A stretch of 64,000 bases of DNA from an uncultured delta proteobacterium (GTDB lineage Bacteria; Myxococcota_A; Polyangia; Fen-1088). Every line of letters begins with the position of its first letter. Position 1 is the stretch's first letter. The position numbers and the translations under genes are program-made. The notes beneath the pieces were generated by a model that was not told the origin of the DNA, made no database searches, and saw only the letters and a list, made by a program, of their open reading frames with translations. This document shows positions 20,348 through 29,614 of this stretch, one piece after another. The stretch covers positions 32,001-96,000 of the forward strand of contig CAVTRY010000002.1 in assembly GCA_963737265.1 (NCBI GenBank). Reading direction: 5' to 3'.

Positions 20348-20961
20348 GTTTATCCCCAGTTCGGCAACGGCCATCGTTTCGTAGCTTCCCATCGGCCCCG
20401 CCGGTGGGTCGCGAGCCTACGTGAGAGCCGATACTAAGGGAGTCACATGTGGTCGAGAATTCGAGGATCTCGTGGGCGGACCGCGGGGCTAATTTGACAC
20501 ATGGTTCTGCCACCTCGGCCGCCTGCGTTCCACCGTGCCATCGGATGTCCTTTCTCTCGACCAAGAACGAGATCCGTTTGCTGCAATAGTGGTCTTGGCC
20601 TGCGCGCCTGATCCATTAGTGGCGTCGTGGCCAACCGCAATCCGATCCACTCTGATCGCGCGCAATCCCGCGCGCACTTTGCCTGGGTTCAGCTGGCCCC
20701 GCCCTTGAAATTTCCGCCAGGCATCTGTGCGTCCATTCCATCGCGAAACGAGATTCGTTTGGTGCAATAGTGGTACAGAGAGCTGGCAATCCCCTGTTCG
20801 AACCATCTGATAAGCTCGAGATTCTCTAGCAGAATCAGCAGGTTGCGAATGGAATCCTGGGGAACGAGAACCTACCACCCTCGGCCAGCACGACTTCGGG
20901 TTAGCTTCACTCGCTGCCCTGAAATTTGCACGAATTCACGAATGAAACCGGGAAGTTACAG

Positions 20962-21035
20962 CGCGCCCGGAGGGAATCGAACCCCCAGCCCTCGGCTTCG
21001 AAGGCCGATGCTCTATCCAGTTGAGCTACGGGCGC
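20962..21035 (-). tRNA. tRNA-Arg (anticodon TCG), CCA not encoded
   Basis: GCGCCCG acceptor stem, GCTC/GAGC D stem, TCGGC-CTTCGAA-GCCGA anticodon arm, GTTCGATTC T loop. Confidence 0.97.
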
Positions 21036-21122
21036 AAACGTTTCAATTTCAAATACTTAGGCCAGTTGTCTAGATGCGGTGTCTGCCTGCATTCTGCCTA
21101 TTCTCTGCCCAAGTGTACCGCC

Positions 21123-21564
21123 AGGGTGCGCAAGATGTACCACGTTCCCCGTCGGACGGCTAAGATCTGCCGCCACCATGTCGAAGGCCTTGGGTATAAC
21201 CCACTGCGATGCGAAGGTGTGGCGGGTGCATTGGTACAGCGTCATCTTGGGCAGCTCGCAAGCCTCCAGCGCCTTGGCCAGCGCCTTGTGCACGGTGCAC
21301 GGGCGGATAAATTGGGCAGGGCGTCCAACGTCGGGCCGCCCGCCGCGGGTCGGGTGCGTCGGGTGAAGATCGGCCCCACGCCGCCGGTCTTCAGCTTCCA
21401 CGCTTCCAAGATGGGCGTCAGTGACGTAGCGAGCGGCACGATCCGCGACTCGCGGTCTTGAGCATGCAGAGCTTCCCGTCTTGGACCTGCTGCCGCACGT
21501 GGAGCTTTCGGCCTGGCAGGTCGATGTCCTTCCAATGCATACCGAGGACTTCCTCGCAACGGAG
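21123..21564 (-). pseudogene. Tyrosine integrase catalytic-domain remnant
   Basis: LRCEEVLGMHWKDIDL (box I), K-(D)RESRIVP and YQCTRHTFASQWV (box II) across two frameshifts; the LGH...Y segment is missing. Confidence 0.82.
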
Positions 21565-21572
21565 GAAAAATC

Positions 21573-22093
21573 ATGAGCACTCGCAATTTCACGACCTCTT
21601 TTACCGTCGACCAGTCCCCCGAAGAAGCCTTCGCAGCCGTCAACAACGTCCGTGAATGGTGGTCACAGGCAGTGGAAGGCGATACCGACAAACTGGGCGC
21701 CGTCTTCTATCACCACTACCAGGACGTCCACCGCTGCACGCTCAAGATCACCGAGCTCGTGCCGGGCAAGAAAGTGGCCTGGCATGTCTTGCACAACGAC
21801 TTCAACTTCATCAAGGACAAGGCCGAGTGGAACGGCACCGACGTCATCTTCGATATCACGAAGAAAGGCGACAAGACCGAGCTCCGCTTCACGCACACCG
21901 GGCTCGTGCCTACCTATGAGTGCTACGATGTCTGCTCGAACGCCTGGGGCCAGTACATCACCGGAACCTGCGCAAGCTCATCTCCACGGGAAAGGGCGAT
22001 CCGAACCCTGTGGAGGTGCACGCCGGCCATCAGGAAGAGGTCGTGGCGAAAGTCCGTGAGATGAAGCGCAAGTTGCAGAGCGCGCAGGGATAG
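21573..22093 (+). pseudogene. SRPBCC/AHSA1-like domain protein, frameshift near 21966
   Basis: EWW, ELVPGKKVAWHV, EWNGT, TELRFTHTGL and CYDVCSNAW motifs; the LRKLISTGKG tail is in another frame. Confidence 0.75.
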
Positions 22094-22201
22094 GGAACAC
22101 GAAACCGCTTCCTGCTCATCTGGCCCATTGTCATTGTCGGTTTCAGTGGGCCACGCCTTTTTTGAATTCTTTGAATCCACATAAGCGAAAGGAGAACGAA
22201 G

Positions 22202-22476
22202 ATGGGAAAGCTCGTCATCAGCGAGAATGTTTCGCTCGACGGAGTCGCACAGGACGCGACCCGCGAGGAAGGCTTCAAGCAAGGCGGATGGTTCCTCCAG
22301 GTCGGGATAAGGACCGTGCAGAGTGGGCCAAGGTCGCACTTGCGGAGGCACTGCACACCGAGGCGTTGCTGCTGGGCCGGCGCAGCTATGAGTTCTTCGC
22401 CGCCCGGTGGCCAGCGCGGAATGGCCCGCTTGCGGACAGGTTGAACAGCCTGCTCAAGTACGTCGTGTCCTCGACC
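22202..22476 (+). pseudogene. Dihydrofolate reductase/RibD C-terminal family fragment
   Basis: MGKLVISENVSLDG, then frameshifted LLLGRRSYE..KYVVSST; truncated. Confidence 0.8.
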
Positions 22477-22833
22477 GATGCCGCGGGTTCGAGCGGCAGG
22501 GAAGAAACGTCGATCTCGCCTCGGGCTGAGCCGACGATTGAACATTCCAAGTGCATCGCCGTCAGAATTCTGGGGCTGCTTCGCCCTCGGGGTCGACCGC
22601 ATACGAGATCCAATCGCGATCAAACGTCTTGAAGTCACCATCAAGCATCTCGCCAGCGTCGCGATCCACGCGCAAGCAGTGCTCGAAAGGTTGGGGGGGG
22701 ACGATTCACTCCTGGAATCGACGAAAGCACGCGAATTCGCACAGTCGCGGCGATGTCGCCAGCGCAGCCAGACTGGGATCTTCCGGGAACTGTGGCGCCA
22801 CCTCGCGAGGGACGTTCCACTCCGCTTCGCCCC

Positions 22834-22963
22834 AGGCCGATGCTCTGTCCAGTTGAGCTACGGGCGCAACCGTTTGAAATTTCAAATACTTAGGCAAGTT
22901 ATCCAGTTATCCTGATGCAGCGTCCGCATGCGTTCTGCCTATTCTCTGCCCAAGTGTACCGCC
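22834..22963 (-). repeat. Imperfect ~130-bp direct repeat of 21002..21122: tRNA-Arg 5' half (22834..22867) plus upstream leader
   Basis: aggccgatgctct[a/g]tccagttgagctacgggcgc...ttcaaatacttagg...ttctgcctattctctgcccaagtgtaccgcc at both sites. Confidence 0.92.
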
Positions 22964-23040
22964 TGCTCGGCCGTCTACCGCAAGACCAAGGACATCCGCC
23001 TCACCCAGCCCTTTGCTGGCCCGCAGGCCTTGAGTAGGGT

Positions 23041-24585
23041 TCAGGGAGCGACCCAGATACTCACGTTCTGGAACGAGTCGACTAGTCGGTAGCCCTTGCC
23101 TGGCAAGTAGCCCGCAACGGGCCAAGACGCCCAATTGCCTTGCACGAACAGGGACGGCACGTGCTGGTCCATCATTACCGCCACTTCGTCGTGGGTGGCA
23201 ATGCCGACGCGGCGCCGCTCTTGGGGCGACAATCGGGGGGCGGCACGAAAACCGAAATCGTTGGCCAAGGTGGAAATGATCGGGGTTCGGGTCGTCACGA
23301 AATAGCCTGGCCACCAACTGGCGCCCATGGGCCGGTTCGCGGCGTCGATTTTTCGCGCCACGGTCAGGATCGTCGGAATCGACCAGCGGGCCACGCGATC
23401 CTCGGTCCACACGCCGGGAACAGCCTCGCCCGTAACAACGTACCGCCTAAGATCGCGCACCCCGAAGAGCACGTAAGGGATCGCCAGCGCCACGACGAGT
23501 GGCCACGCTTTCCACCCGCGCAGTGAGGCAAAGACCGTCACAGCTTCGGCCACCAGGAACGGCATCAGCAAACAGAAATACTGCGGGTGGGCTGGACTCG
23601 GAACCAGGCTGACCAAGAACAAGGCCAACCACAGATAGGAAGTGAGCCGATTGCGGCTTGAAAAGGGAGAGAGCAAGGCGACGAGCGCTGCTACGGTCAA
23701 GCCGAGGAACTGCAAGCTTCCCGGCAATCGCCCCTTGCCGTTGAGGTAGAAAATGGACAACAAGGTTTCCTTCTTGTTGGGCAGGTTGGTGATGAACCCA
23801 GTTTGTCCGAACTCGCGGATGCTGTGGTAGGTCCAGTTGCCGAACGCGAAATTGTGCCAGTCGCGCAGAACATAGGGCACGAGCAAGAGCGCGCCGGCGA
23901 GCGCTCCCGCGGCCAAGGCCGCGACAAATTTCAGTCCGCGGCGCGAGATCCCGTGCCGGCGCAGGAGAAATAGCAGCGCGCAGGGGAAGGCCACCACGAC
24001 GTACAGGCGGCATTCGACGGCCAGCGCGAAGGCGAGTCCGCCGCACGCCACGACCAGCGGAGTCTGCGCGGCCTCCAGCAACAGAACCCCGAGCGCCAGC
24101 AGGAAGGCGGTGAGGCCGAAGGGCTTGGCGATGGCGAACCAACCTCCAACCCATCCGGTGATGAGGTACGCCACCGCGCCGACCGCGGCCCAGCGCTTGC
24201 GCTGGCACGTGCGCAAAAGGATCTCCAGGATCACGAGGCCCGTGCCCGCCGCAATCAAACTGGAAAGCAGCCGCGCACAGTACCAGCCGCGCCCGAACAG
24301 CCGGAAGCAAGTACCGTAGACGTGCACCCAAAACGGCATCTGCGGGTAGAAAAAGTCGGTATAGAGCCGCTTGCCCTCGGAAACCAGCCGCGCTGCCTGG
24401 AGGAGATATCCTTCGTCGCCATCGATCAGGCGCAGCCGGCCGATGGGAATGAAAAAAGCCACGAGCCCGAGGGCGACGATGAGCCGCAGCCACCAGCGCT
24501 TGGCCGCCGCCGGTGGGGCTTCCAACGCGCTGGCGAACTGTCGCCCGATCCCGGCCCAGGCACGTTGAAGAATGGATATTCCCAC
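23041..24585 (-). CDS. Membrane glycosyltransferase, ArnT/PMT-like (GT39/GT83 fold)
   Basis: DGDEGY and LYTDFF..QMP loop motifs; ~11 hydrophobic segments. Confidence 0.72.
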   Translation of the reverse strand: MGISILQRAWAGIGRQFASALEAPPAAAKRWWLRLIVALGLVAFFIPIGRLRLIDGDEGYLLQAARLVSEGKRLYTDFFYPQMPFWVHVYGTCFRLFGRGWYCARLLSSLIAAGTGLVILEILLRTCQRKRWAAVGAVAYLITGWVGGWFAIAKPFGLTAFLLALGVLLLEAAQTPLVVACGGLAFALAVECRLYVVVAFPCALLFLLRRHGISRRGLKFVAALAAGALAGALLLVPYVLRDWHNFAFGNWTYHSIREFGQTGFITNLPNKKETLLSIFYLNGKGRLPGSLQFLGLTVAALVALLSPFSSRNRLTSYLWLALFLVSLVPSPAHPQYFCLLMPFLVAEAVTVFASLRGWKAWPLVVALAIPYVLFGVRDLRRYVVTGEAVPGVWTEDRVARWSIPTILTVARKIDAANRPMGASWWPGYFVTTRTPIISTLANDFGFRAAPRLSPQERRRVGIATHDEVAVMMDQHVPSLFVQGNWASWPVAGYLPGKGYRLVDSFQNVSIWVAP

Positions 24586-24613
24586 GCTGTCCTCCCTTAG
24601 CCCCAAAAGGTCT

Positions 24614-26326
24614 CTACAGATACGGCGCGACCTTCGCCGGGTCTTTCACCACCAGGTAATCTTCGACGAACAGGGCATCGAGCCCGGTGGTCATAAGGCA
24701 TTTGATGGCCTCGTCCACGGTGTTGATGATGGGCTCGCCGCGGATGTTGAACGACGTGTTGAGCACGCAGTCCACGCCGGTGAGGCGACCGAATTCGCGG
24801 ATGAGGCGGTAGTAGCGGGGATTCTGTTTCTCGTTCACGGTCTGCACACGCGCGGTGCCGTCCACGTGAGTGATGGCGGGCAGCACATCGATCATCTCGG
24901 GCCGGGTCGGGTAGGCGCGCAGCATGTACGGCGAAGGCACGTCGCTAGCAAAGTATTTGCCGCACGATTCCTCCAGCACCGACGGAGCGTAGGGCCGGAA
25001 GGGCTCGCGGAACTTTACCGTGGCGTTGAGGAGATCCTTCATGTCCCTGCGCCGCGGATCCGCCACGATGGATCTGTTGCCGAGCGCGCGCGGACCGAAT
25101 TCGGCGCGGCCCTGAAACCACGCAATAATGAGTCCGTCGGCGACCATGCGCGCGGCCGTCAGCTCGGGCGCGAGCAGGGTGTGGTAGCGCAGCTGTCCGC
25201 GGTCGAGCACGGTGCGAACTTGAGCCGGCGTGAAGCCCTGGCCGAGGTATTCGCTCGCGATTTCCATCGAGCGCTTGCCCTTGTTCAAAAGATGCTCGAC
25301 CACCAGGGCCGCGCCCACCGAGGTGCCGGTGTCGCCCGCCGCCGGGTAGAAGAAGAGCCTCTCGAAGTCGGTCTCGCGCATGAGTCGGCCGTTGGCCACG
25401 CAGTTGAGCGCCACGCCGCCAGCCAGGCACAGGTTCTTCGCACCGGTCAGCTCGCGAGCAACCCGCGCCAGGTGCAACATAGCTTCCTCGGTGACGGTCT
25501 GGAGCGCGAACGCGATGTCCTCGTGGCGCTTGTCGACCGCGCTCTCGGGCGCGCGCGGCGGCCCGAGCAGACTCACCAATTTTTCGCTGTAGCGATGCGG
25601 GCGCTCGTGAAAGTACTCGAAATACGACAGATCCAATTCGAATCCGCGCGGGCCGAGCGACACCAGCTTGCGCAGCTTGCCCACGTAGTCGCTGCCCTTG
25701 CCGTAGGAAGCCAGGCCCATGACCTTGCCCTCGCCGCTGTTGGCGCGAAAACCGAGATAGTCGGTGAGCGCGGCATAGAACGATCCGATGGAATGGGGAA
25801 AGTCGACCTCGGCCAGAAGCTCGAGGTTGCTGCCCCGGCCGCGGAAAATCGTCGTCGACTGGCGCTCGCCGTAACCGTCGGCGGTCAGAATCGCGGCGTC
25901 CTCGAAGGGAGAGGTGAAGAACGCAGCCGCTGCGTGGCACAGGTGGTGCGTGAGGTAGTGAATCGCCAGGCTCCGCCCCGACGCCAGCTGCACAGTCTGG
26001 GCGATGCTGCTTACCGGCTCGCCTAGGCGCGAAATCAACCGCGCCGGAACGCCGTACAGATATTCGAGGTGATGGCGAACCGAATTCGTCAGGCGACGCT
26101 GCGGCGCCTCGGCGTGGATGCCGGGGTTCCAGAAAAACGCCACCGCGTCCAAGTCGCCGAGCTGCAATGCCTGCATTTTCAGGCAGAAGTCGATGGCCTT
26201 GTCGGGAAAAGCCGAGTCGTGCTTGAGGCGCGTAAAGCGCTCCTCTTGGCTAGCCGCGATAACCCGACCGTCGACCACCAGGGCGGCGGCGGCGTCGTTG
26301 GAATGATTGATGCCCAGGATCTTCAT
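24614..26326 (-). CDS. Carbamoyltransferase, NodU/CmcH family
   Basis: QEERFTRLKH, HHLCHA, GEGKVMGLA, AGGVALN, EFGPRALGNRS, KFREPFRP and LNTSFN motifs. Confidence 0.94.
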   Translation of the reverse strand: MKILGINHSNDAAAALVVDGRVIAASQEERFTRLKHDSAFPDKAIDFCLKMQALQLGDLDAVAFFWNPGIHAEAPQRRLTNSVRHHLEYLYGVPARLISRLGEPVSSIAQTVQLASGRSLAIHYLTHHLCHAAAAFFTSPFEDAAILTADGYGERQSTTIFRGRGSNLELLAEVDFPHSIGSFYAALTDYLGFRANSGEGKVMGLASYGKGSDYVGKLRKLVSLGPRGFELDLSYFEYFHERPHRYSEKLVSLLGPPRAPESAVDKRHEDIAFALQTVTEEAMLHLARVARELTGAKNLCLAGGVALNCVANGRLMRETDFERLFFYPAAGDTGTSVGAALVVEHLLNKGKRSMEIASEYLGQGFTPAQVRTVLDRGQLRYHTLLAPELTAARMVADGLIIAWFQGRAEFGPRALGNRSIVADPRRRDMKDLLNATVKFREPFRPYAPSVLEESCGKYFASDVPSPYMLRAYPTRPEMIDVLPAITHVDGTARVQTVNEKQNPRYYRLIREFGRLTGVDCVLNTSFNIRGEPIINTVDEAIKCLMTTGLDALFVEDYLVVKDPAKVAPYL

Positions 26327-26443
26327 GCTTCACCTCGATGGCGCGGCCGACCGCACTGCGCGGGTTGCCGGCCAGCCTACCTTGCGACGGTAGCGTGGCC
26401 GCTAGGTGCGGTCAAAGAAGGACCCTGATAGTGTTCGTTCCCG

Positions 26444-27868
26444 ATGACCGACAAAGACAAGACAAAGGCGGCGCCCAAGGCCGGCGGCCGTGGTGCGCGT
26501 TTCCACGGTGCCATGGACGAAGCCGCCGCGGCCTTGAACGCGAGCGTGGATTTCGACCGGCGCCTCCTGCGCGACGATGTGCGCGGCAGCCAGGCGCATG
26601 CGCGCATGCTCGCTTTCGTGGGACTTATCTCCGCCGACGACGCCAAGCAAATCGTGACCGGCTTGGAACAGGTGGCGGGCGAATTCGAGCGCGGCGAGCG
26701 CACCATGGATCCCGCCCTCGAAGACGTGCACATGAACGTCGAGAGCCGCCTCATCGAGCTGGTCGGCGACGCTGGCCGCCGCCTGCACACCGCGCGCAGC
26801 CGCAACGACCAGGTCGCTACCGACATGCGGCTTTACGCCCTGTCCGCCGCCAGCGCCATCGTCATCGCCATCGACAAGGCGCGCGTCGCCCTATGCCGGC
26901 GCGCCCGCGAGCACGCGGCCACGCTCATCCCAGGCTACACGCACCTGCAGCGCGCCCAGGCCGTCACTCTCGGTCACCACCTGCTGGCCTACACCGAAAT
27001 GCTCGGCCGTGACCGCGGCCGTTTCCTCGATGCCGCCCGCCGCGCCTCCGAATGCCCGCTCGGTTCGGGCGCGCTTGCGTCCACCTCGCTACCCATCCAG
27101 CGCGAAATGACCAGCGCCGATCTCGGCTTCGCCGCGCCCACGCGCAACAGCCTCGACGCGGTTTCCGATCGCGACTTCTGCGCCGAGCTGGCCTTCGCTT
27201 GCGCGCTCTTGGGTGTGCACCTGTCGCGCCTGGGCGAAGAGCTGGTGTTGTGGTCGACCACGGAATTCGGCTTCGTACGCCTCGGCGAAGGACATTGCTC
27301 GGGCAGCTCGCTCATGCCGCAAAAACGCAACCCCGACATCGCCGAGCTGATGCGCGCCAAGCCCGGCCGCCTCATCGGCGACGTGGTGGCGCTGCTGACG
27401 GTGAGCAAAGGCCTGGCGCTCGCCTACAACAAGGACTTGCAAGAAACCCAGGAGCCCTTCTACGACGCCATCGAGACCACCCGACTGGTTCTCGACGTGC
27501 TGCCCCGCCTCATCGCCGGCCTCGAATTCAACGTCGAGCGCATGAAGGACGCCGCCAGCGATCCCGCCCTCGGCGCGACCGACCTCGCCGAGCACCTGGT
27601 ACGCGACGGCGTCCCCTTCCGCCGCGCCCACGAAATCGTTGGCAAGCTCGTCCGCCACGCCGAACAGCTCGGCCTCTCCCTGCGCGACGTGCCCGAGCAC
27701 GACCTGCCCCAAATCGCCGAAGAGCTTCACGTCGCCGCCTTGCAGGTGCTCAGCCCCGGCCGCGCCGTCGCCGGCCACACCGCCATAGGCGGCCCCGCCC
27801 CCGCGCAAGTCACGCATGAAGTTCAGCGCCTGACCGCCGAGCTCAAGGGCCTGGGTTACGAGGTGTAG
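26444..27868 (+). CDS. argH: Argininosuccinate lyase
   Basis: LHTARSRNDQ, GYTHLQRAQ, GSSLMPQKRNPD and YNKDLQE motifs. Confidence 0.96.
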   Translation: MTDKDKTKAAPKAGGRGARFHGAMDEAAAALNASVDFDRRLLRDDVRGSQAHARMLAFVGLISADDAKQIVTGLEQVAGEFERGERTMDPALEDVHMNVESRLIELVGDAGRRLHTARSRNDQVATDMRLYALSAASAIVIAIDKARVALCRRAREHAATLIPGYTHLQRAQAVTLGHHLLAYTEMLGRDRGRFLDAARRASECPLGSGALASTSLPIQREMTSADLGFAAPTRNSLDAVSDRDFCAELAFACALLGVHLSRLGEELVLWSTTEFGFVRLGEGHCSGSSLMPQKRNPDIAELMRAKPGRLIGDVVALLTVSKGLALAYNKDLQETQEPFYDAIETTRLVLDVLPRLIAGLEFNVERMKDAASDPALGATDLAEHLVRDGVPFRRAHEIVGKLVRHAEQLGLSLRDVPEHDLPQIAEELHVAALQVLSPGRAVAGHTAIGGPAPAQVTHEVQRLTAELKGLGYEV

Positions 27869-27942
27869 AATGTCCAGCCGGGCTCGGACTTGGCGCTGAC
27901 ACACGCGTAGTCCGTACCGGAGAGCTCGGGCCCGGCAGTCCT

Positions 27943-28701
27943 TCAGCCCTCAGCGAAGGGATCGTGGTACGTGCCGAGGCGTTGCTGCACGAGACGGTGG
28001 ATGACCCCCGGCTGGTGGACGAGGTAGCGGTACCAGCGCTGGCGGGGCTCGCTTAGCAGTCGGTAGAACCATTCCAATCCTCCGTTCGTGATCCAGGTCG
28101 GAGGGCGCTCCAGTTTTCCGGCCTCGTAGTCAATCGTTCCTCCGAGTGGCAAGAAGGTTTTGACGTGAGGCATCCGCTCCCGATTCTTGACGATGAATTT
28201 CTCTTGCCGTCCGGCTCCCAATCCCACGAGGAGCACCGTCGCCCTGGACTCGTTGATCTTGGCGACCATCCGATCCACCTCGCCTGGCCTGCTATCGAAG
28301 TCGAGCGGAGGGGAATCGGTTCCCACCACCATCTCCCGCCCCACCTTGGCGTTCACGTTCTTGCCCGCCACGTCGGCCACCCCCGGCCCCCCACCACAGA
28401 TGAAGACGGTCACGCCGGGATCGCTCCGGTGCCGCATGTAATACCGTGGGAAGAAATCGGATCCCGAGACGCGCTCTTTGAACGGAGTTCCCAGGAGACG
28501 AGCTGCGACGACGAGGATTTGGCTGTCGCACGTGACGATGTCGAATCGAGGTAGGATGTCGTAAAATTGCCGATCTTTTTGCAGTTTCATTATCATGTCG
28601 ACGTGAAGGGTCAGCAACGTCCCTTCCTTGAACGAATCGAGCAATTCGTCCATGGTGATATTGTCGACTTCGACATTCAGAAGCTTGATCCGATCGCGCA
28701 T
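27943..28701 (-). CDS. WecB/TagA/CpsF family glycosyltransferase (GT26)
   Basis: ERVSGSD, VGLGAGRQE and GLEWFYRL..EPR motifs. Confidence 0.9.
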   Translation of the reverse strand: MRDRIKLLNVEVDNITMDELLDSFKEGTLLTLHVDMIMKLQKDRQFYDILPRFDIVTCDSQILVVAARLLGTPFKERVSGSDFFPRYYMRHRSDPGVTVFICGGGPGVADVAGKNVNAKVGREMVVGTDSPPLDFDSRPGEVDRMVAKINESRATVLLVGLGAGRQEKFIVKNRERMPHVKTFLPLGGTIDYEAGKLERPPTWITNGGLEWFYRLLSEPRQRWYRYLVHQPGVIHRLVQQRLGTYHDPFAEG

Positions 28702-28719
28702 TGTCGTTGACTCGGTACT

Positions 28720-29613
28720 TTATCGAACAGCGTCGCCCATCGCCGACGTCGGAGCGATTCCCCAAGCACGATCGATGAGCTCCTTGCTTTGTCGAATATT
28801 CCCCGGGGAAGACGCTCCGAACACGATGGAGTGAAGCCCTTCGAGCCCACAGACCCACTCGATGGCCTCCCGGGGCGGAATCGCGCCCGACGCGAAGATC
28901 GACATGGCGATGGCCCGGCATCGACTCGAACGTAGCAACTGCCGGTAGGCATCGATCCCGCCTGACATCCGAAAGCCAATCTTGTTGATATTGGCGCATA
29001 CGATTGGGTTCGCGATTCCCGCTCCCTCGAGAACATCAACCAGCATTGGCATGTTCATCGTAATGAAACCGGCCTCTGCGTCGTACTTTTCGCGAATGTG
29101 TTCGTGGAATGCTGGGAACACGTCGTAGAGCTTGAGGCCGAGCAACAGATCCGTCACCACATTTTGAACGAAGACCACCGGCGTCTTCACCCCCGCGAAG
29201 CGCTTCATTTCAGCGTCCACCAACATCTTCATCAGACGGTAGACGTCTTGCGTCACCGCCGAAATCGCTCCCTGAATCAATGTTCCAACCAGGCTTCCGG
29301 GGGCAAAGCGGCGAACGGTGTCGATGATTCCCACTTCACCCACCGAATTCGCGTACTTGTGCGCGTACGGCATGCATGGATAAAACTCGAAGTCGGCGTG
29401 TCGCTTGGGATTCGCTCGGATAATATCGATGATGTCACCAACGCGATCGTGGGTGGTACACATGAAGACCTTGATGCCGCAATCGTAGGCGGAATCGAGG
29501 ACGCGCATGATGGCGGGAGCGTCTTTGAACCGCGTCGCCTGGGCGCGTGATTTTTCTTCGGACATGTGGTTCACACCGAAGAACTGGTTGTCGCCGAATA
29601 GGATTCGTTCCAC
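28720..29613 (-). CDS. Conserved hypothetical protein, aldo/keto-reductase-like barrel
   Basis: LFGDNQFFGVNH N-terminus; INKIGFRM, AMSIFASG and SIVFGASS segments; operonic between the oxidoreductase and GT26. Confidence 0.6.
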   Translation of the reverse strand: MERILFGDNQFFGVNHMSEEKSRAQATRFKDAPAIMRVLDSAYDCGIKVFMCTTHDRVGDIIDIIRANPKRHADFEFYPCMPYAHKYANSVGEVGIIDTVRRFAPGSLVGTLIQGAISAVTQDVYRLMKMLVDAEMKRFAGVKTPVVFVQNVVTDLLLGLKLYDVFPAFHEHIREKYDAEAGFITMNMPMLVDVLEGAGIANPIVCANINKIGFRMSGGIDAYRQLLRSSRCRAIAMSIFASGAIPPREAIEWVCGLEGLHSIVFGASSPGNIRQSKELIDRAWGIAPTSAMGDAVR

Positions 29614-29614
29614 G

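Larger units (their letters stand above)
13065..21003. mobile_element. Genomic island integrated in tRNA-Arg(TCG), ~7.9 kb, no integrase inside
   Basis: 43-bp direct repeats, excisionase, IHF-consensus and arm-type repeats near both ends, accessory cargo. Confidence 0.88.

Noticed and set aside
22478-22830. Functional gene in the decayed element
   Set aside because: No clear start or recognisable motif; probably a relic.
13108-22833. Prophage
   Set aside because: No capsid, terminase, tail or lysis genes.
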